This document shows positions 1 through 9,534 of a DNA stretch of 64,000 bases, one piece after another. The notes beneath the pieces are model-generated. The model saw only the letters and a program-made list of their open reading frames with translations, did no database searches and was not told the origin of the DNA. Position numbers and translations under genes: made by a program. This stretch comes from an uncultured Pelagibacteraceae bacterium (GTDB lineage: Bacteria; Pseudomonadota; Alphaproteobacteria; Pelagibacterales; Pelagibacteraceae), in contig CABYPZ010000002.1 in assembly GCA_902521005.1 (NCBI GenBank), positions 33,131 to 97,130 of the forward strand, given 5' to 3'. Each line of letters starts with the position of its first letter. Positions within the stretch are counted from its first letter, which is position 1.

Positions 1-659
1 TTTGTCATATCAACCTGTCTTAGACTCATCCCTGTAAGAGATTGGAAAAGCGCTGCAGGTTTGTTTTTTAGTTTGAATATAAAAGAGGTAATATATTTCT
101 CATTTTTTTTAAATTCAGGTTGTGAAATATTTTTTTGAAAAACAAGGAATCTAGTAAAATTTTCCTTATCATCTTGAATATCAGATTTTAAAATTTCTAA
201 TCCATAAATTTCTGAACTTAATTTAGAAGCAATAGCTGCTTTTGTTTTATCTTTTAATGATGAAATATAGGCAGCACTTCCAGCAGTATCTGCCATAACA
301 TTTTCTTTAATTTTATGTTTTCTTATAAAGCTATTTACTTGACTTAAAGCTGCCGTATGAGAATAAACATCTTTAATATCATCTATTTTTGTTCCTGGTA
401 TAACTAGTAGATTATGATTAATTGGAAAAAAATGTTCAGCAAGTATATTTAGTCTATATTTAATAATTAAAGTTTCAATATTAATAGAGCCTATCAATTG
501 ATTCTGTTCGGGTATGATTGCTTTTATATTTGAGTCATTTTTTGCAAGTTCAAATGCATCCTGAAAAGTTCTACAAGGTATTGTTTCTGCGTTGGGATAA
601 TTTTTCTTTGCGCAGCTTTCACTGTAACTTCCTGCAATTCCCTGGTATGCGATCTTCAT
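1..659 (-). CDS. pheA: Prephenate dehydratase (3' end runs off the window)
   Basis: Not in the ORF track. Manual translation from ATG at 659 gives MKIAYQGIAGSYSE...VYSHTAALSQ...DTAGSA...NFTRF...KNKPAAL, i.e. PDT motifs (AYQG, TRF) plus the start of an ACT domain. Confidence 0.92.
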   Translation of the reverse strand, partial: MKIAYQGIAGSYSESCAKKNYPNAETIPCRTFQDAFELAKNDSNIKAIIPEQNQLIGSINIETLIIKYRLNILAEHFFPINHNLLVIPGTKIDDIKDVYSHTAALSQVNSFIRKHKIKENVMADTAGSAAYISSLKDKTKAAIASKLSSEIYGLEILKSDIQDDKENFTRFLVFQKNISQPEFKKNEKYITSFIFKLKNKPAALFQSLTGMSLRQVDMT

Positions 660-663
660 AACT

Positions 664-1398
664 TTAAGATTTATATTCCATTATTTTTTTTAAAGCTACA
701 AAATCTTCCATTGTATCAACTCCTATTGAAGGTTTGTTGGCTAAAGCAACGTTAATTTTAATACCATTATCAACTGCTCTCATTTGTTCAAGTTTGTTTT
801 TAATCTCATTTTTAGACTGTTTTAAATTAACAAATTTTTTTAATATTTTAACCTTATATATGTATACCCCGATATGATGATACACATTTTGTTTTGAATT
901 TGTTATCCGTTTAAAATCTTTTGCATATGGGAAATTATAGTTACTAATTTTAAAATTGGTAATCACTTTAACTATATTTTTATTTTTATATATACTATTG
1001 TTTTTTATCTCCGTAGCTAAAGTTCCTATATCTGAATTATTTTTTTTTGTAAATTTGTATAAATTTTTAAGATCACTAATATCTATGTTGGGCTCATCAC
1101 CCTGTAGATTAATTACATAATCTACATTTTTATTTTTTAGTATTGTTAAGCATTCAAAAATTCTATCTGTTCCTGTTTTATGTTTGTTGCTTGTAATAAT
1201 TGCCTGTCCCCCATTTTTTTTTACTTCGTTTACTATTTCTACATCTTCTGTTGCAACATATACCTTGCCTAGTTTTGATTCTTTAGCTCTATTAACAACT
1301 TGAGAGATAATTGATCTTCCATTTATTTTAAGCAAAGGTTTATTTGGCAATCTTGAGGCTGAAAGCCTAGATGGTATTAATATTAATGTTTTTTGCAT
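664..1398 (-). CDS. kdsB: 3-deoxy-manno-octulosonate cytidylyltransferase
   Basis: IPSRLSASRLPNKPL, TGTDR, NLQGDEP, HHIGVY, LEQMRA motifs. Confidence 0.95.
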   Translation of the reverse strand: MQKTLILIPSRLSASRLPNKPLLKINGRSIISQVVNRAKESKLGKVYVATEDVEIVNEVKKNGGQAIITSNKHKTGTDRIFECLTILKNKNVDYVINLQGDEPNIDISDLKNLYKFTKKNNSDIGTLATEIKNNSIYKNKNIVKVITNFKISNYNFPYAKDFKRITNSKQNVYHHIGVYIYKVKILKKFVNLKQSKNEIKNKLEQMRAVDNGIKINVALANKPSIGVDTMEDFVALKKIMEYKS

Positions 1399-1417
1399 TG
1401 TAAATTAACTAATTTAT

Positions 1418-1432
1418 GCGTCTAAGGGACGC
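1418..1432. promoter_or_regulatory. Candidate RegA/RegR-type binding site GCGTC-N5-GACGC upstream of the cytochrome c gene
   Basis: Perfect GC-rich inverted repeat (TGCGTC/GACGCA, 1417-1433) in an AT-rich spacer. It fits the GCGNC-N5-GNCGC RegR-box pattern, and regB is in the window. Confidence 0.5.
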
Positions 1433-1505
1433 AAATAATTAAACTAAATTATTTAAGTATTTTACGATCTAACATGTTATAGCATCAAAAGACATAAAAA
1501 TTTAA

Positions 1506-2036
1506 ATGAACTCATTTGAAATCCAAAAAATAGTTTCAGCTATACTAATAACAATTTTGGTTGTATTTGGAATTGGCAAAATTTCAGATTTTTTTTTTAA
1601 TAAAGACCCTGAATTAGTTGTTGCTTATAAAGTAGACCCTCCAGAGGGAATGAGTAATAAAAAAGAAGAAGGGTCATCTGAATTAGATTTGAAAGCAATG
1701 TTTGCTCTTGCTGATTTGGCTCATGGTGAAAAGGTTTTTAAAAAATGTGCAGCTTGTCATAGTATTAAACAAGGAGGTGGAAACAAAATTGGGCCTAAGT
1801 TATGGAATGTAATGTTTAGATCTGTAGGAGCAGTTGATGATTACAAATATTCAAAATCTTTGATATCATACAAGAAAGAATGGACTTGGGAAGAAATGAA
1901 TGGATTTCTTATTAAACCTTCATCATGGATTAAAGGAAATAAAATGGGTTTTGCAGGTTTAAAAGATGAAAAAGATAGAGCGTCTGTAATATTATATTTA
2001 AACCAAAATAGTGATAATCCAAAAACTTTACCTTAG
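1506..2036 (+). CDS. Membrane-anchored class I cytochrome c (CycM/c2-like)
   Basis: N-terminal TM helix, CAACH heme motif, GPKL, GNKMGFAG. Confidence 0.92.
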   Translation: MNSFEIQKIVSAILITILVVFGIGKISDFFFNKDPELVVAYKVDPPEGMSNKKEEGSSELDLKAMFALADLAHGEKVFKKCAACHSIKQGGGNKIGPKLWNVMFRSVGAVDDYKYSKSLISYKKEWTWEEMNGFLIKPSSWIKGNKMGFAGLKDEKDRASVILYLNQNSDNPKTLP

Positions 2037-2957
2037 TTTTCCAAAGCAATACAATAATATACTTTTTTGAACATGCACTCTATTCAGAGCTTGTTGCCAT
2101 ACATGAGATTTTCCTCCCAAAAAAACTTCTTCACTAACTTCAGAACCTCGAGGTAAACAATGAAGAAATATACAATTTTTTTTAGCGTAGCTAATTAATT
2201 TTTTATCTATCTTAAATTTTGCAAATTGCTTAATTTTTTTTATTTTATTTACTTTATCATTTAAAGATATGACCTTGTCTGAAAAAATAACATCTGCTCC
2301 TCTAGCTGCCTTTTTAGCATCATTATATATATATATTTTTCTATTATTTTTTTTGACCCAGTCTCTAATTTTTTTATTTGGTTCAAATTTTTTAGGACAA
2401 CCTATGTTAAGTTTAAATGAGAATTTTACTGAAGCAGCTATTAAACTATCTAAAACATTATTTGAATCTCCAATCCAACAAACATTTAATTTAGATATTG
2501 GTTTTTTCTTTATTTCCTCCACTGTAAATACATCGGACAATACTTGAGTAGGATGTGAAGATGGGCTTAATCCATTTATAATAGGTATAGAAAGATGATC
2601 TCTAAATTTTTCAACTTTTTTATCGCTATCAGTTCTAAGCATGAATCCATCACCATATGTCGATAGTATTTTGGCGGTATCTTCAATACTTTCACCACCC
2701 TGGCCTAAATGGAGTTCATTTGATCTAAGCGTCAATGTTCCTCCACCAAGTTGTTTAATCGCTAAGTAAAAACTTATTCTTGTTCTTGAACTAGCCTTTT
2801 CAAACATTTGGATTAAGATTTTTCCTTTTAATGGTTCTCCTTTATCAACTTCAAGGGTATTTAATTTTTTTCTTAAATTTTTTCTTTTTTTTGCATCTGA
2901 AATAATTTTTTTTAAATCTTTTGCAGGAATATCTTTTAAATTTATAAAATGTTTCAT
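2028..2957 (-). CDS. argF: Ornithine carbamoyltransferase
   Basis: FEKASSRTR, HPTQ, HCLP motifs; downstream of argD. Confidence 0.92.
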   Translation of the reverse strand: MKHFINLKDIPAKDLKKIISDAKKRKNLRKKLNTLEVDKGEPLKGKILIQMFEKASSRTRISFYLAIKQLGGGTLTLRSNELHLGQGGESIEDTAKILSTYGDGFMLRTDSDKKVEKFRDHLSIPIINGLSPSSHPTQVLSDVFTVEEIKKKPISKLNVCWIGDSNNVLDSLIAASVKFSFKLNIGCPKKFEPNKKIRDWVKKNNRKIYIYNDAKKAARGADVIFSDKVISLNDKVNKIKKIKQFAKFKIDKKLISYAKKNCIFLHCLPRGSEVSEEVFLGGKSHVWQQALNRVHVQKSILLYCFGKLR

Positions 2958-4124
2958 TTAATTTATTTCTGAACAAACCTTTTTGATAATTTTTAGAGCC
3001 AGGTCTATTTCATTTTTTTTAACATTTAATGGTGGTAAAATTCTAACCACATTTTCTGCTGCTTTTATAGTAAGTAATTTATTTTCCATCAATTTTTTGA
3101 TAAAATTAACCTGATTGGTATGAAGCTGTATTCCAATTAACAAACCTTTACCTCGAATTTCTTTAATAATATTTGGATAAATCATTTTAATTTTGTTTAG
3201 CTTTAAAAAGAAATAGTTTGAAATATTTTTTACATTTTTTAAAAATTTTCTCTTAGATACAATTTCCATTACCGAATTTCCTACAGACATTGCTAAAGGA
3301 TTACCACCAAATGTTGATCCATGTGAGCCTGGGGTCATCTTAGATGCAACTTTTTTATTCATTAAGACCGCTCCAATTGGAAATCCTCCCCCAATTCCTT
3401 TTGCTATTGGAACTATATCTGGTTTTACCTTGGATTTTTCAAATGCAAAAAAATCACCGGATCTACCAATTCCACATTGGACTTCATCAAGTATTAAAAG
3501 TATATTTTTTTTATTACAAATTTTTCTTAATTCTCTCAAACACCAATCTGGTATTACCTTTATACCCCCCTCACCCATAATAGTTTCTACCATGATAGCT
3601 GCTGTATTTTTATTAATCTTTTTTTTTAAAGATTTGTGATTTCCAAAAAGAAAATGATCAAAGCCACCTACTTTTGGTCCAAATCCTTCTGTCATTTTTT
3701 TTGATCCACTTGCATAAATTGCAGCTATTGTTCTTCCATGGAAAGAATTTTTTACACATAATATTCTATTTTTTTTTGGTTTACCTATTGAATGAAAATA
3801 TTTTCTAGCAACTTTTATTGCTCCCTCAGTGGCTTCTGTACCACTATTTTGAAACATTACAAAATCAGCAAAAGTTTCTTTGGTAAGTTTTTGGGCTAAT
3901 TTTTCCCCCTCTGGGATTACAAAAGCGTTTGAAACATGCCAAAGTTTTTTTGATTGTTGGTTAATTGTTTTTACTAGTTGTGGGTGAGCATGTCCCAAGG
4001 AATTTACAGCTATACCCTGAACAAAATCCAAATATTTTTTTCCATCAGTAGAATATAAAAAACTTCCTTTGCCGTATTTAAAGGAAATTTTTCTTCGATT
4101 ATAATTTTTTACTAATCTGCTCAT
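2958..4124 (-). CDS. argD: Acetylornithine aminotransferase
   Basis: NSGTEA, FHGRT, DEVQCG, AKGIGGG, HGSTFGGNP. Confidence 0.95.
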   Translation of the reverse strand: MSRLVKNYNRRKISFKYGKGSFLYSTDGKKYLDFVQGIAVNSLGHAHPQLVKTINQQSKKLWHVSNAFVIPEGEKLAQKLTKETFADFVMFQNSGTEATEGAIKVARKYFHSIGKPKKNRILCVKNSFHGRTIAAIYASGSKKMTEGFGPKVGGFDHFLFGNHKSLKKKINKNTAAIMVETIMGEGGIKVIPDWCLRELRKICNKKNILLILDEVQCGIGRSGDFFAFEKSKVKPDIVPIAKGIGGGFPIGAVLMNKKVASKMTPGSHGSTFGGNPLAMSVGNSVMEIVSKRKFLKNVKNISNYFFLKLNKIKMIYPNIIKEIRGKGLLIGIQLHTNQVNFIKKLMENKLLTIKAAENVVRILPPLNVKKNEIDLALKIIKKVCSEIN

Positions 4125-4140
4125 TTTTTGTATTTTTGTG

Positions 4141-4950
4141 TTAAGACTTAATTTTATATCCTTTTTTATAAAGAGTATATGCTATTATCCACATCAAAAC
4201 CGATATAATAATCAAATAAGATAAACCAAACTTAATCGAACCATCCATGCTATTAATAAAAGAATATCTAAATCCATCGATCATATGAAAAAAAGGATTA
4301 TAATAGCTTAATGTCACTAAATAACTTGGTAATCTTTCTAATGAATAAAATGTCCCAGATAAAAAAGATAAAGGAACAATTATAAAATTTGTTACAGTTG
4401 CCATATGATCAAATTTATCTGCCCAAAGTCCTGCTATAAATCCGGCTGTTCCCATTATAAATGAACTAACAATCAGATATGAAGAAAAAATTAAAAAATT
4501 TTTTATTTCAACTTCAATCATTAAAGAAAAAACGATTATAGAGATAATTGATATCATTACAGCTCTTGTTATAGATGCTAAAATTATTGCCAATGTCACT
4601 TCTGATGCTGATAATGGTGCGCCAATCATATCAACTATATTCCCCATAACTTTTCCCATTAACAATGATGAAGATGAGTGTGAAAAAGACTGTTGAATTA
4701 CCTGCATAGCAATTAAGCCAGGAGCTAAAAATACTATAAATTCTACTCCTAAAACATTAGGTCTTGTTTCTCCTACAGCTAGAGAAATCACCAATAAAAA
4801 AAGGATAGATGTTACTATTGGACCAACAATAGTTTGGCCAAAAACTGATAAAAATCTTAAAGTTTCTTTTATATAAAGTGTGTAAGCACCCACCCAATTT
4901 ATATTAAATCTTCTAACTCCAATTTTATATTTTTTATCTAATTCAACCAT
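4141..4950 (-). CDS. ABC-2 type transporter permease
   Basis: Six hydrophobic segments, PLSFLSGTFY and NPFFHMIDGFR ABC-2 motifs. Confidence 0.88.
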   Translation of the reverse strand: MVELDKKYKIGVRRFNINWVGAYTLYIKETLRFLSVFGQTIVGPIVTSILFLLVISLAVGETRPNVLGVEFIVFLAPGLIAMQVIQQSFSHSSSSLLMGKVMGNIVDMIGAPLSASEVTLAIILASITRAVMISIISIIVFSLMIEVEIKNFLIFSSYLIVSSFIMGTAGFIAGLWADKFDHMATVTNFIIVPLSFLSGTFYSLERLPSYLVTLSYYNPFFHMIDGFRYSFINSMDGSIKFGLSYLIIISVLMWIIAYTLYKKGYKIKS

Positions 4951-5030
4951 TAGTTTTTATTAACAAATTTTTTGAAAATATTGTGTAAAAATAAAAAAAA
5001 AAGCTTGTTTAAGCATATATTATATGTGTA

Positions 5031-5077
5031 CTACCTTATATTGTTTACAAAAAAAAATAATGCACTAAATATAGTAT
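5031..5077 (+). promoter_or_regulatory. Candidate tandem NrdR boxes upstream of gcrA
   Basis: CTACCTTATATTGTTT (5031-5046) and GCACTAAATATAGTAT (5062-5077) resemble acaCwAtATaTwGtgt and are 31 bp apart start-to-start. Confidence 0.5.
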
Positions 5078-5572
5078 ATGGGTTGGACTGAAGAGAAAAT
5101 AGAAAAATTAAAAGAGCTTTGGGGAAAAGGAAATACCGCAAGTCAAATAGCTGAAATTATTGGAGGGGTTAGTAGAAATGCTGTTATTGGAAAAGCTCAT
5201 AGAATGTCTCTTAGTGCCAAAATTAAGCATAGAATATCAAATTATAGTAGTAAAAATAATGACCAAATTTACAATGATAGTAAAATTAAGCGATCTAGAA
5301 AATATAAATTTAAATCTTTACTGCTAGATAAAAATTTTGAGCCAGCTAAAAACCTAAATTTAGAGGAATTAACTGAAAGTACTTGCAAATATATGGAAGG
5401 ACACCCTAACGAAAAAGACTCTTCTTTTTGTGGCAGAAAAACAATTGATAAATTTTCATACTGTCCTTTACACTTAATGATCGTATTCCAGCCTAAAGGC
5501 AAGAAAGAAGATTTAACAGATAAAGAAGATGAAGTTCCTCAATTTATTGAAAAAAAAATAAAATCAGCTTAA
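5078..5572 (+). CDS. gcrA: Cell cycle regulator GcrA
   Basis: WTEEKIEKLKELW...ASQIA...GGVSRNAVIGKAHR HTH; C-terminal CKY...FCG...YCPLH. Confidence 0.93.
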   Translation: MGWTEEKIEKLKELWGKGNTASQIAEIIGGVSRNAVIGKAHRMSLSAKIKHRISNYSSKNNDQIYNDSKIKRSRKYKFKSLLLDKNFEPAKNLNLEELTESTCKYMEGHPNEKDSSFCGRKTIDKFSYCPLHLMIVFQPKGKKEDLTDKEDEVPQFIEKKIKSA

Positions 5573-5577
5573 GCAGA

Positions 5578-6513
5578 TTAATTTCTAGAGTATTCTCCTC
5601 TTTCAGTCCACATATAACTGTATTTTTTTATCTCATTCTCAAATTTAAGATCTGCTTTTAATCCATAATCATTTTGAGTTTTGTAAATTCCAGAAGCAAT
5701 ATTATTATACTTAAGAAGTCTTAATTGATCTAAAGTGATTAGAGGTGTAGGAAGAATTTCTGATGTTATAGCAAAAATTTTTGCTAGTTGATTTGGAACC
5801 GGAATAAATAAACGTTTTTTATTTATTGATTTAGATAAAATTTGTAAAATTTCTTTAAAATATAGTATTTGAGGACCTGTACACTCAATAATTTCCGAAC
5901 ATATATTCTTATCTATCAATCCTACTATAATTTCAGCTAGATCTTTACAATGAATTGGTGAAAATTTAGGGTTTTCAAATAACGGAAATATTGGAAATAA
6001 ACTCAGTAAAGAGAGAAATCTTGTGCTAAAATTATCATCTTGTGAATAAACTATTGAAGGTTTCAAAATAGTTGTATTTTCAAAATTTTTTTGAACAATT
6101 TTTTCACCATCAAGTTTTGATTGGGCATATTTGCTATCTTTTACATTCTCAACACCCAATGCTGATAAATGAATAAATTGATCAATTTTATTTTTTTTAC
6201 ATAGTTTGGATATAACTGAAGGAAAATTAACGTGAATATTTTGAAAACTATTATTTTTTTTTTCATATAATATTCCAATTAAATTTATACAAACATCGTG
6301 TTTTTCTATAAGTTTTTCTAATGCTTTCTCATCAAATATATTTTCTTCTATGATGTCTAAATAACCGAGTGGTGCTTGGGTTTTTAAAAAAATGCTTTTA
6401 TGAGCATTTCTTGTAACAGCGGTTACTTTATAATTTTTAAGGGTTATTTTCCTTATAATATTTCTTCCTATTTGGCCACTTGCTCCAAAGATTAAGACTT
6501 TTTTTTTAATCAT
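5578..6513 (-). CDS. Complex I NDUFA9-like NAD-dependent epimerase/SDR
   Basis: FGASGQIG, INLIGIL, HLSALG, SKYAQSK. Confidence 0.88.
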   Translation of the reverse strand: MIKKKVLIFGASGQIGRNIIRKITLKNYKVTAVTRNAHKSIFLKTQAPLGYLDIIEENIFDEKALEKLIEKHDVCINLIGILYEKKNNSFQNIHVNFPSVISKLCKKNKIDQFIHLSALGVENVKDSKYAQSKLDGEKIVQKNFENTTILKPSIVYSQDDNFSTRFLSLLSLFPIFPLFENPKFSPIHCKDLAEIIVGLIDKNICSEIIECTGPQILYFKEILQILSKSINKKRLFIPVPNQLAKIFAITSEILPTPLITLDQLRLLKYNNIASGIYKTQNDYGLKADLKFENEIKKYSYMWTERGEYSRN

Positions 6514-6564
6514 ATATCAAATAATAGACATTATTGTATTGTCTTTATATATATAAAAATACAA

Positions 6565-7182
6565 ATGAATAATATCAAAATTTTTGAAAATGACTTGCCA
6601 CAAGATATAGATTTGTCTGGTGAGAAAGTTATTGGGATAGACAATGAAGCGCTTGGCTTGGTTTTGGGAAGAGATCCTTTAACTTTAGTTCAATTAGGTC
6701 TAGAATCTAAAAAATTTTATTTAATTAAGCTAAATCGAGATACTTATTCAGCGCCAAACTTATGCAAAGTATTATCCAACCCAAAAACTTTATACATAAT
6801 GCATTATGCTAGACAAGATCTATTATGGCTTAAGTATCATCTAAAAGTAGAACCAAAAAATATATTTTGTACAAAAATTGCATCAAAAATTGCAAGAACA
6901 GCTAGTAGTTTTCATGGATATAAAGATTTAGTAAAAGAACTATGTGGAAAAGATATATCAAAAAAAGAACAACAGAGTGACTGGGGTAATCCTAATTTAT
7001 CAACCAAACAAATTAATTACGCAGCTCAAGATACAGAATATCTATTTGAGATGAAAGATAAACTAACGAAAATGTTAGAAAGGGAAAAAAGGATTGATAT
7101 TTTTAATCAATGTATGAAAGTTATACCTACACTAGTTGATATGGAAATTGCAGGATATAAACTTAATATATTTGAACACTAA
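6565..7182 (+). CDS. rnd: Ribonuclease D-like 3'-5' exonuclease (short alphaproteobacterial form)
   Basis: DNEALGL (ExoI), HYARQD, CTKIASKIART, QQSDW, YAAQD, C-terminal IFEH. Confidence 0.85.
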   Translation: MNNIKIFENDLPQDIDLSGEKVIGIDNEALGLVLGRDPLTLVQLGLESKKFYLIKLNRDTYSAPNLCKVLSNPKTLYIMHYARQDLLWLKYHLKVEPKNIFCTKIASKIARTASSFHGYKDLVKELCGKDISKKEQQSDWGNPNLSTKQINYAAQDTEYLFEMKDKLTKMLEREKRIDIFNQCMKVIPTLVDMEIAGYKLNIFEH

Positions 7183-7188
7183 ATATTT

Positions 7189-8160
7189 ATGAAAAAGATT
7201 AATTATAAAAATGTAGCAAGAAATGTTATTGATCTTGAAATTGCTGCACTAAAAAAATTAAGATCATCAATTAATAAGTCGTTTGACCAAGCGGTAGACG
7301 CGATAGTTAAATGCCAATCAAAAATAATACTTTGCGGTGTTGGCAAAAGCTATTTAATTGCAAGCAAAATATCGGCTACTTTTTCTTCAGTTGGTTGCCC
7401 TTCTTTTTCTTTATCTGCAAACGAATGTTCACATGGAGATTTGGGCAGTATCTCTAAAAAAGATTTGTTGATACTTTTTAGTAATTCTGGAGAAACTCAA
7501 GAACTTAAACCAGTCATTGAATATGCGAATAGAAATAGAATTACATTAATTGGTATTGTGTCTAAAAAAAATTCTATACTTTTTAGAGCATCAGATATAA
7601 AACTTTTTATTCCTGAAGTAAAAGAAGCCGGCCTGGGAATTGTTCCTACTAGTAGTACATGTGAACAATTAGCAATTGGTGACTGTTTAGCCGTAGCGGC
7701 GCTAAACAAAAAAGGATTTAGTAAAAAAAATTTTAAAATTTTGCATCCTAAAGGTGCTTTAGGAGCTCAATTAAAAACTGTAGAAGATTTAATGATAAAG
7801 GGAGATAAAATTCCATTTATTAATCAAAAGCTACAAATGAAAAAGGCTTTGAACCTAATAACAAAAAAAAAATTAGGAGTATTAATTGCAATTGATAAAA
7901 AAAAATTTACTACAGGTATAATTACAGATGGTCAAATTAGAAGATTCAGTCAAAAAAACTCTAATTTAAAATCTTTAAATGTTAATGACATTATGACTAC
8001 AAAACCATTGTCAGTTGATAAAGATACTTTAGCATCAAGAGCTCTTGCAATTATGTCTCAAAACAAAATTACTAGTTTATGTGTCCATAAAAATAATAAA
8101 AGAAGAAAAACTATAGGTTTATTACATATACACCACATACTCAGTGCAAATATAAATTAA
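7189..8160 (+). CDS. kdsD: Arabinose-5-phosphate isomerase (KpsF/GutQ; SIS + CBS)
   Basis: GVGKS, HGDLG, SNSGET, PTSST, HPKG motifs and a CBS pair. Confidence 0.93.
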   Translation: MKKINYKNVARNVIDLEIAALKKLRSSINKSFDQAVDAIVKCQSKIILCGVGKSYLIASKISATFSSVGCPSFSLSANECSHGDLGSISKKDLLILFSNSGETQELKPVIEYANRNRITLIGIVSKKNSILFRASDIKLFIPEVKEAGLGIVPTSSTCEQLAIGDCLAVAALNKKGFSKKNFKILHPKGALGAQLKTVEDLMIKGDKIPFINQKLQMKKALNLITKKKLGVLIAIDKKKFTTGIITDGQIRRFSQKNSNLKSLNVNDIMTTKPLSVDKDTLASRALAIMSQNKITSLCVHKNNKRRKTIGLLHIHHILSANIN

Positions 8161-8747
8161 TGAATGTTAAGACCTTAACACAAATTTTTTTAATACTTGC
8201 TATAATTTCAGTTACTTTATTTTTTTTTTATAAATATTTCTATCAAACAAATAATCCAATTGAATTAGTTGAAAAAGAGACATTCAAAGAGCAAAATCTT
8301 ATAGAAAAAAAAATTGACAATATAATAGAAGACTTAACTTTTGAAAATATAGGAATAGATGGAAATGCATTTAAAATAGACTCAAAGTATGGGGAATTTT
8401 CGGTTGATAATGAAAATTCTGTTGAATTAACTGACGTTAGAGCAACAATTAAAATAGTTGGAAGGGATACAATATTTATTACATCTAAAAAAGCAGATTA
8501 CAATAAATTGAGTCTCAAAACAAAGTTTTATATAAATGTAAACATCCGATACGAGGAAAACATCGTTACAAGTGATAATTTTTATATTGATTTGAGTAAA
8601 AATTTTGCATCAATAAATGGCAATGTAGTGTTTAATAATAAAAATATGGAAAGTTATGCAGATAATATAGATTTTAATATTATCGAAGAAAGTATTTCAA
8701 TAAATATGTTTGACAAAGAAGATAAAATTAAAATAAAAAGAAAATAG
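8160..8747 (+). CDS. lptC: LPS export protein LptC-like
   Basis: Single N-terminal TM, beta-jellyroll-like body, position between kdsD and lptB. Confidence 0.7.
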   Translation: MNVKTLTQIFLILAIISVTLFFFYKYFYQTNNPIELVEKETFKEQNLIEKKIDNIIEDLTFENIGIDGNAFKIDSKYGEFSVDNENSVELTDVRATIKIVGRDTIFITSKKADYNKLSLKTKFYINVNIRYEENIVTSDNFYIDLSKNFASINGNVVFNNKNMESYADNIDFNIIEESISINMFDKEDKIKIKRK

Positions 8748-9527
8748 ATGGCAATAATAAAAAAATTTAGGATAACAACTTTCAAAAAAGAAAGGCCAAA
8801 AATCCAAATAAAAAATATTTCTTTTTCATTTAATAAAAGACAAATACTTGAGGATATCTCTTTTATGATAAGAGAAGGTGAGATTTGTGGCTTACTTGGA
8901 CCTAATGGTGTAGGTAAATCAACAATATTTAATTTAATTACAGGTCTTTTGAAGCCAGATTACGGGGACATAGAAATTAATCAAAAAAAAGTAACCAATA
9001 TTCCAATTTATAAAAGAGCATTGGATTTTGGTGTAGCAATTGTTCCTCAGACAGGTGGTGTTTTTGCAAACTTAAGCTGCTCTCAAAATTTAAAAGCTAT
9101 AAGTGAAATAGTTATAGATGATAAGAACCAAAGAAATTTTAAGATTGAAAATATGATCTCAAAATTTCAATTGGAACCAGTAAAAGATATTAAGGCAAAA
9201 TTTTTATCAGGTGGTCAAAGAAAAAGATTGTCTATTGCAATGTCATTGCTTTCAGATCCTAAAATTATTTTAATGGATGAGCCATTTCAAGGACTAGATA
9301 TTATGTCAACAAGAGAATTACAAGAAACAATTGTAAAGTTGCAAACAGAGGAAAATACAAGATCATGTATAATATCAGATCACGCAGCTAGAGATTTACT
9401 CGCAATAAGTGATAGAGCTATAGTATTAGCAAACAAAAAGATTGCAGCCATTGGTAAACCTTCAGAGATCTTACAGAATGAGGATGCAAAATCTGCATAT
9501 TTTGGTGATAGTTTCAAAATAAACTAA
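8748..9527 (+). CDS. lptB: LPS export ABC transporter ATPase
   Basis: GPNGVGKS, LSGGQRKR, MDEPF, SDH, C-terminal AYFG; synteny. Confidence 0.85.
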   Translation: MAIIKKFRITTFKKERPKIQIKNISFSFNKRQILEDISFMIREGEICGLLGPNGVGKSTIFNLITGLLKPDYGDIEINQKKVTNIPIYKRALDFGVAIVPQTGGVFANLSCSQNLKAISEIVIDDKNQRNFKIENMISKFQLEPVKDIKAKFLSGGQRKRLSIAMSLLSDPKIILMDEPFQGLDIMSTRELQETIVKLQTEENTRSCIISDHAARDLLAISDRAIVLANKKIAAIGKPSEILQNEDAKSAYFGDSFKIN

Positions 9528-9534
9528 AAATTAA

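Noticed and set aside
1589-1598. Homopolymer A/T tracts (e.g. T10 in the cytochrome c gene) as phase-variation switches
   Set aside because: Such runs are ubiquitous in this AT-rich genome and the reading frames are intact.
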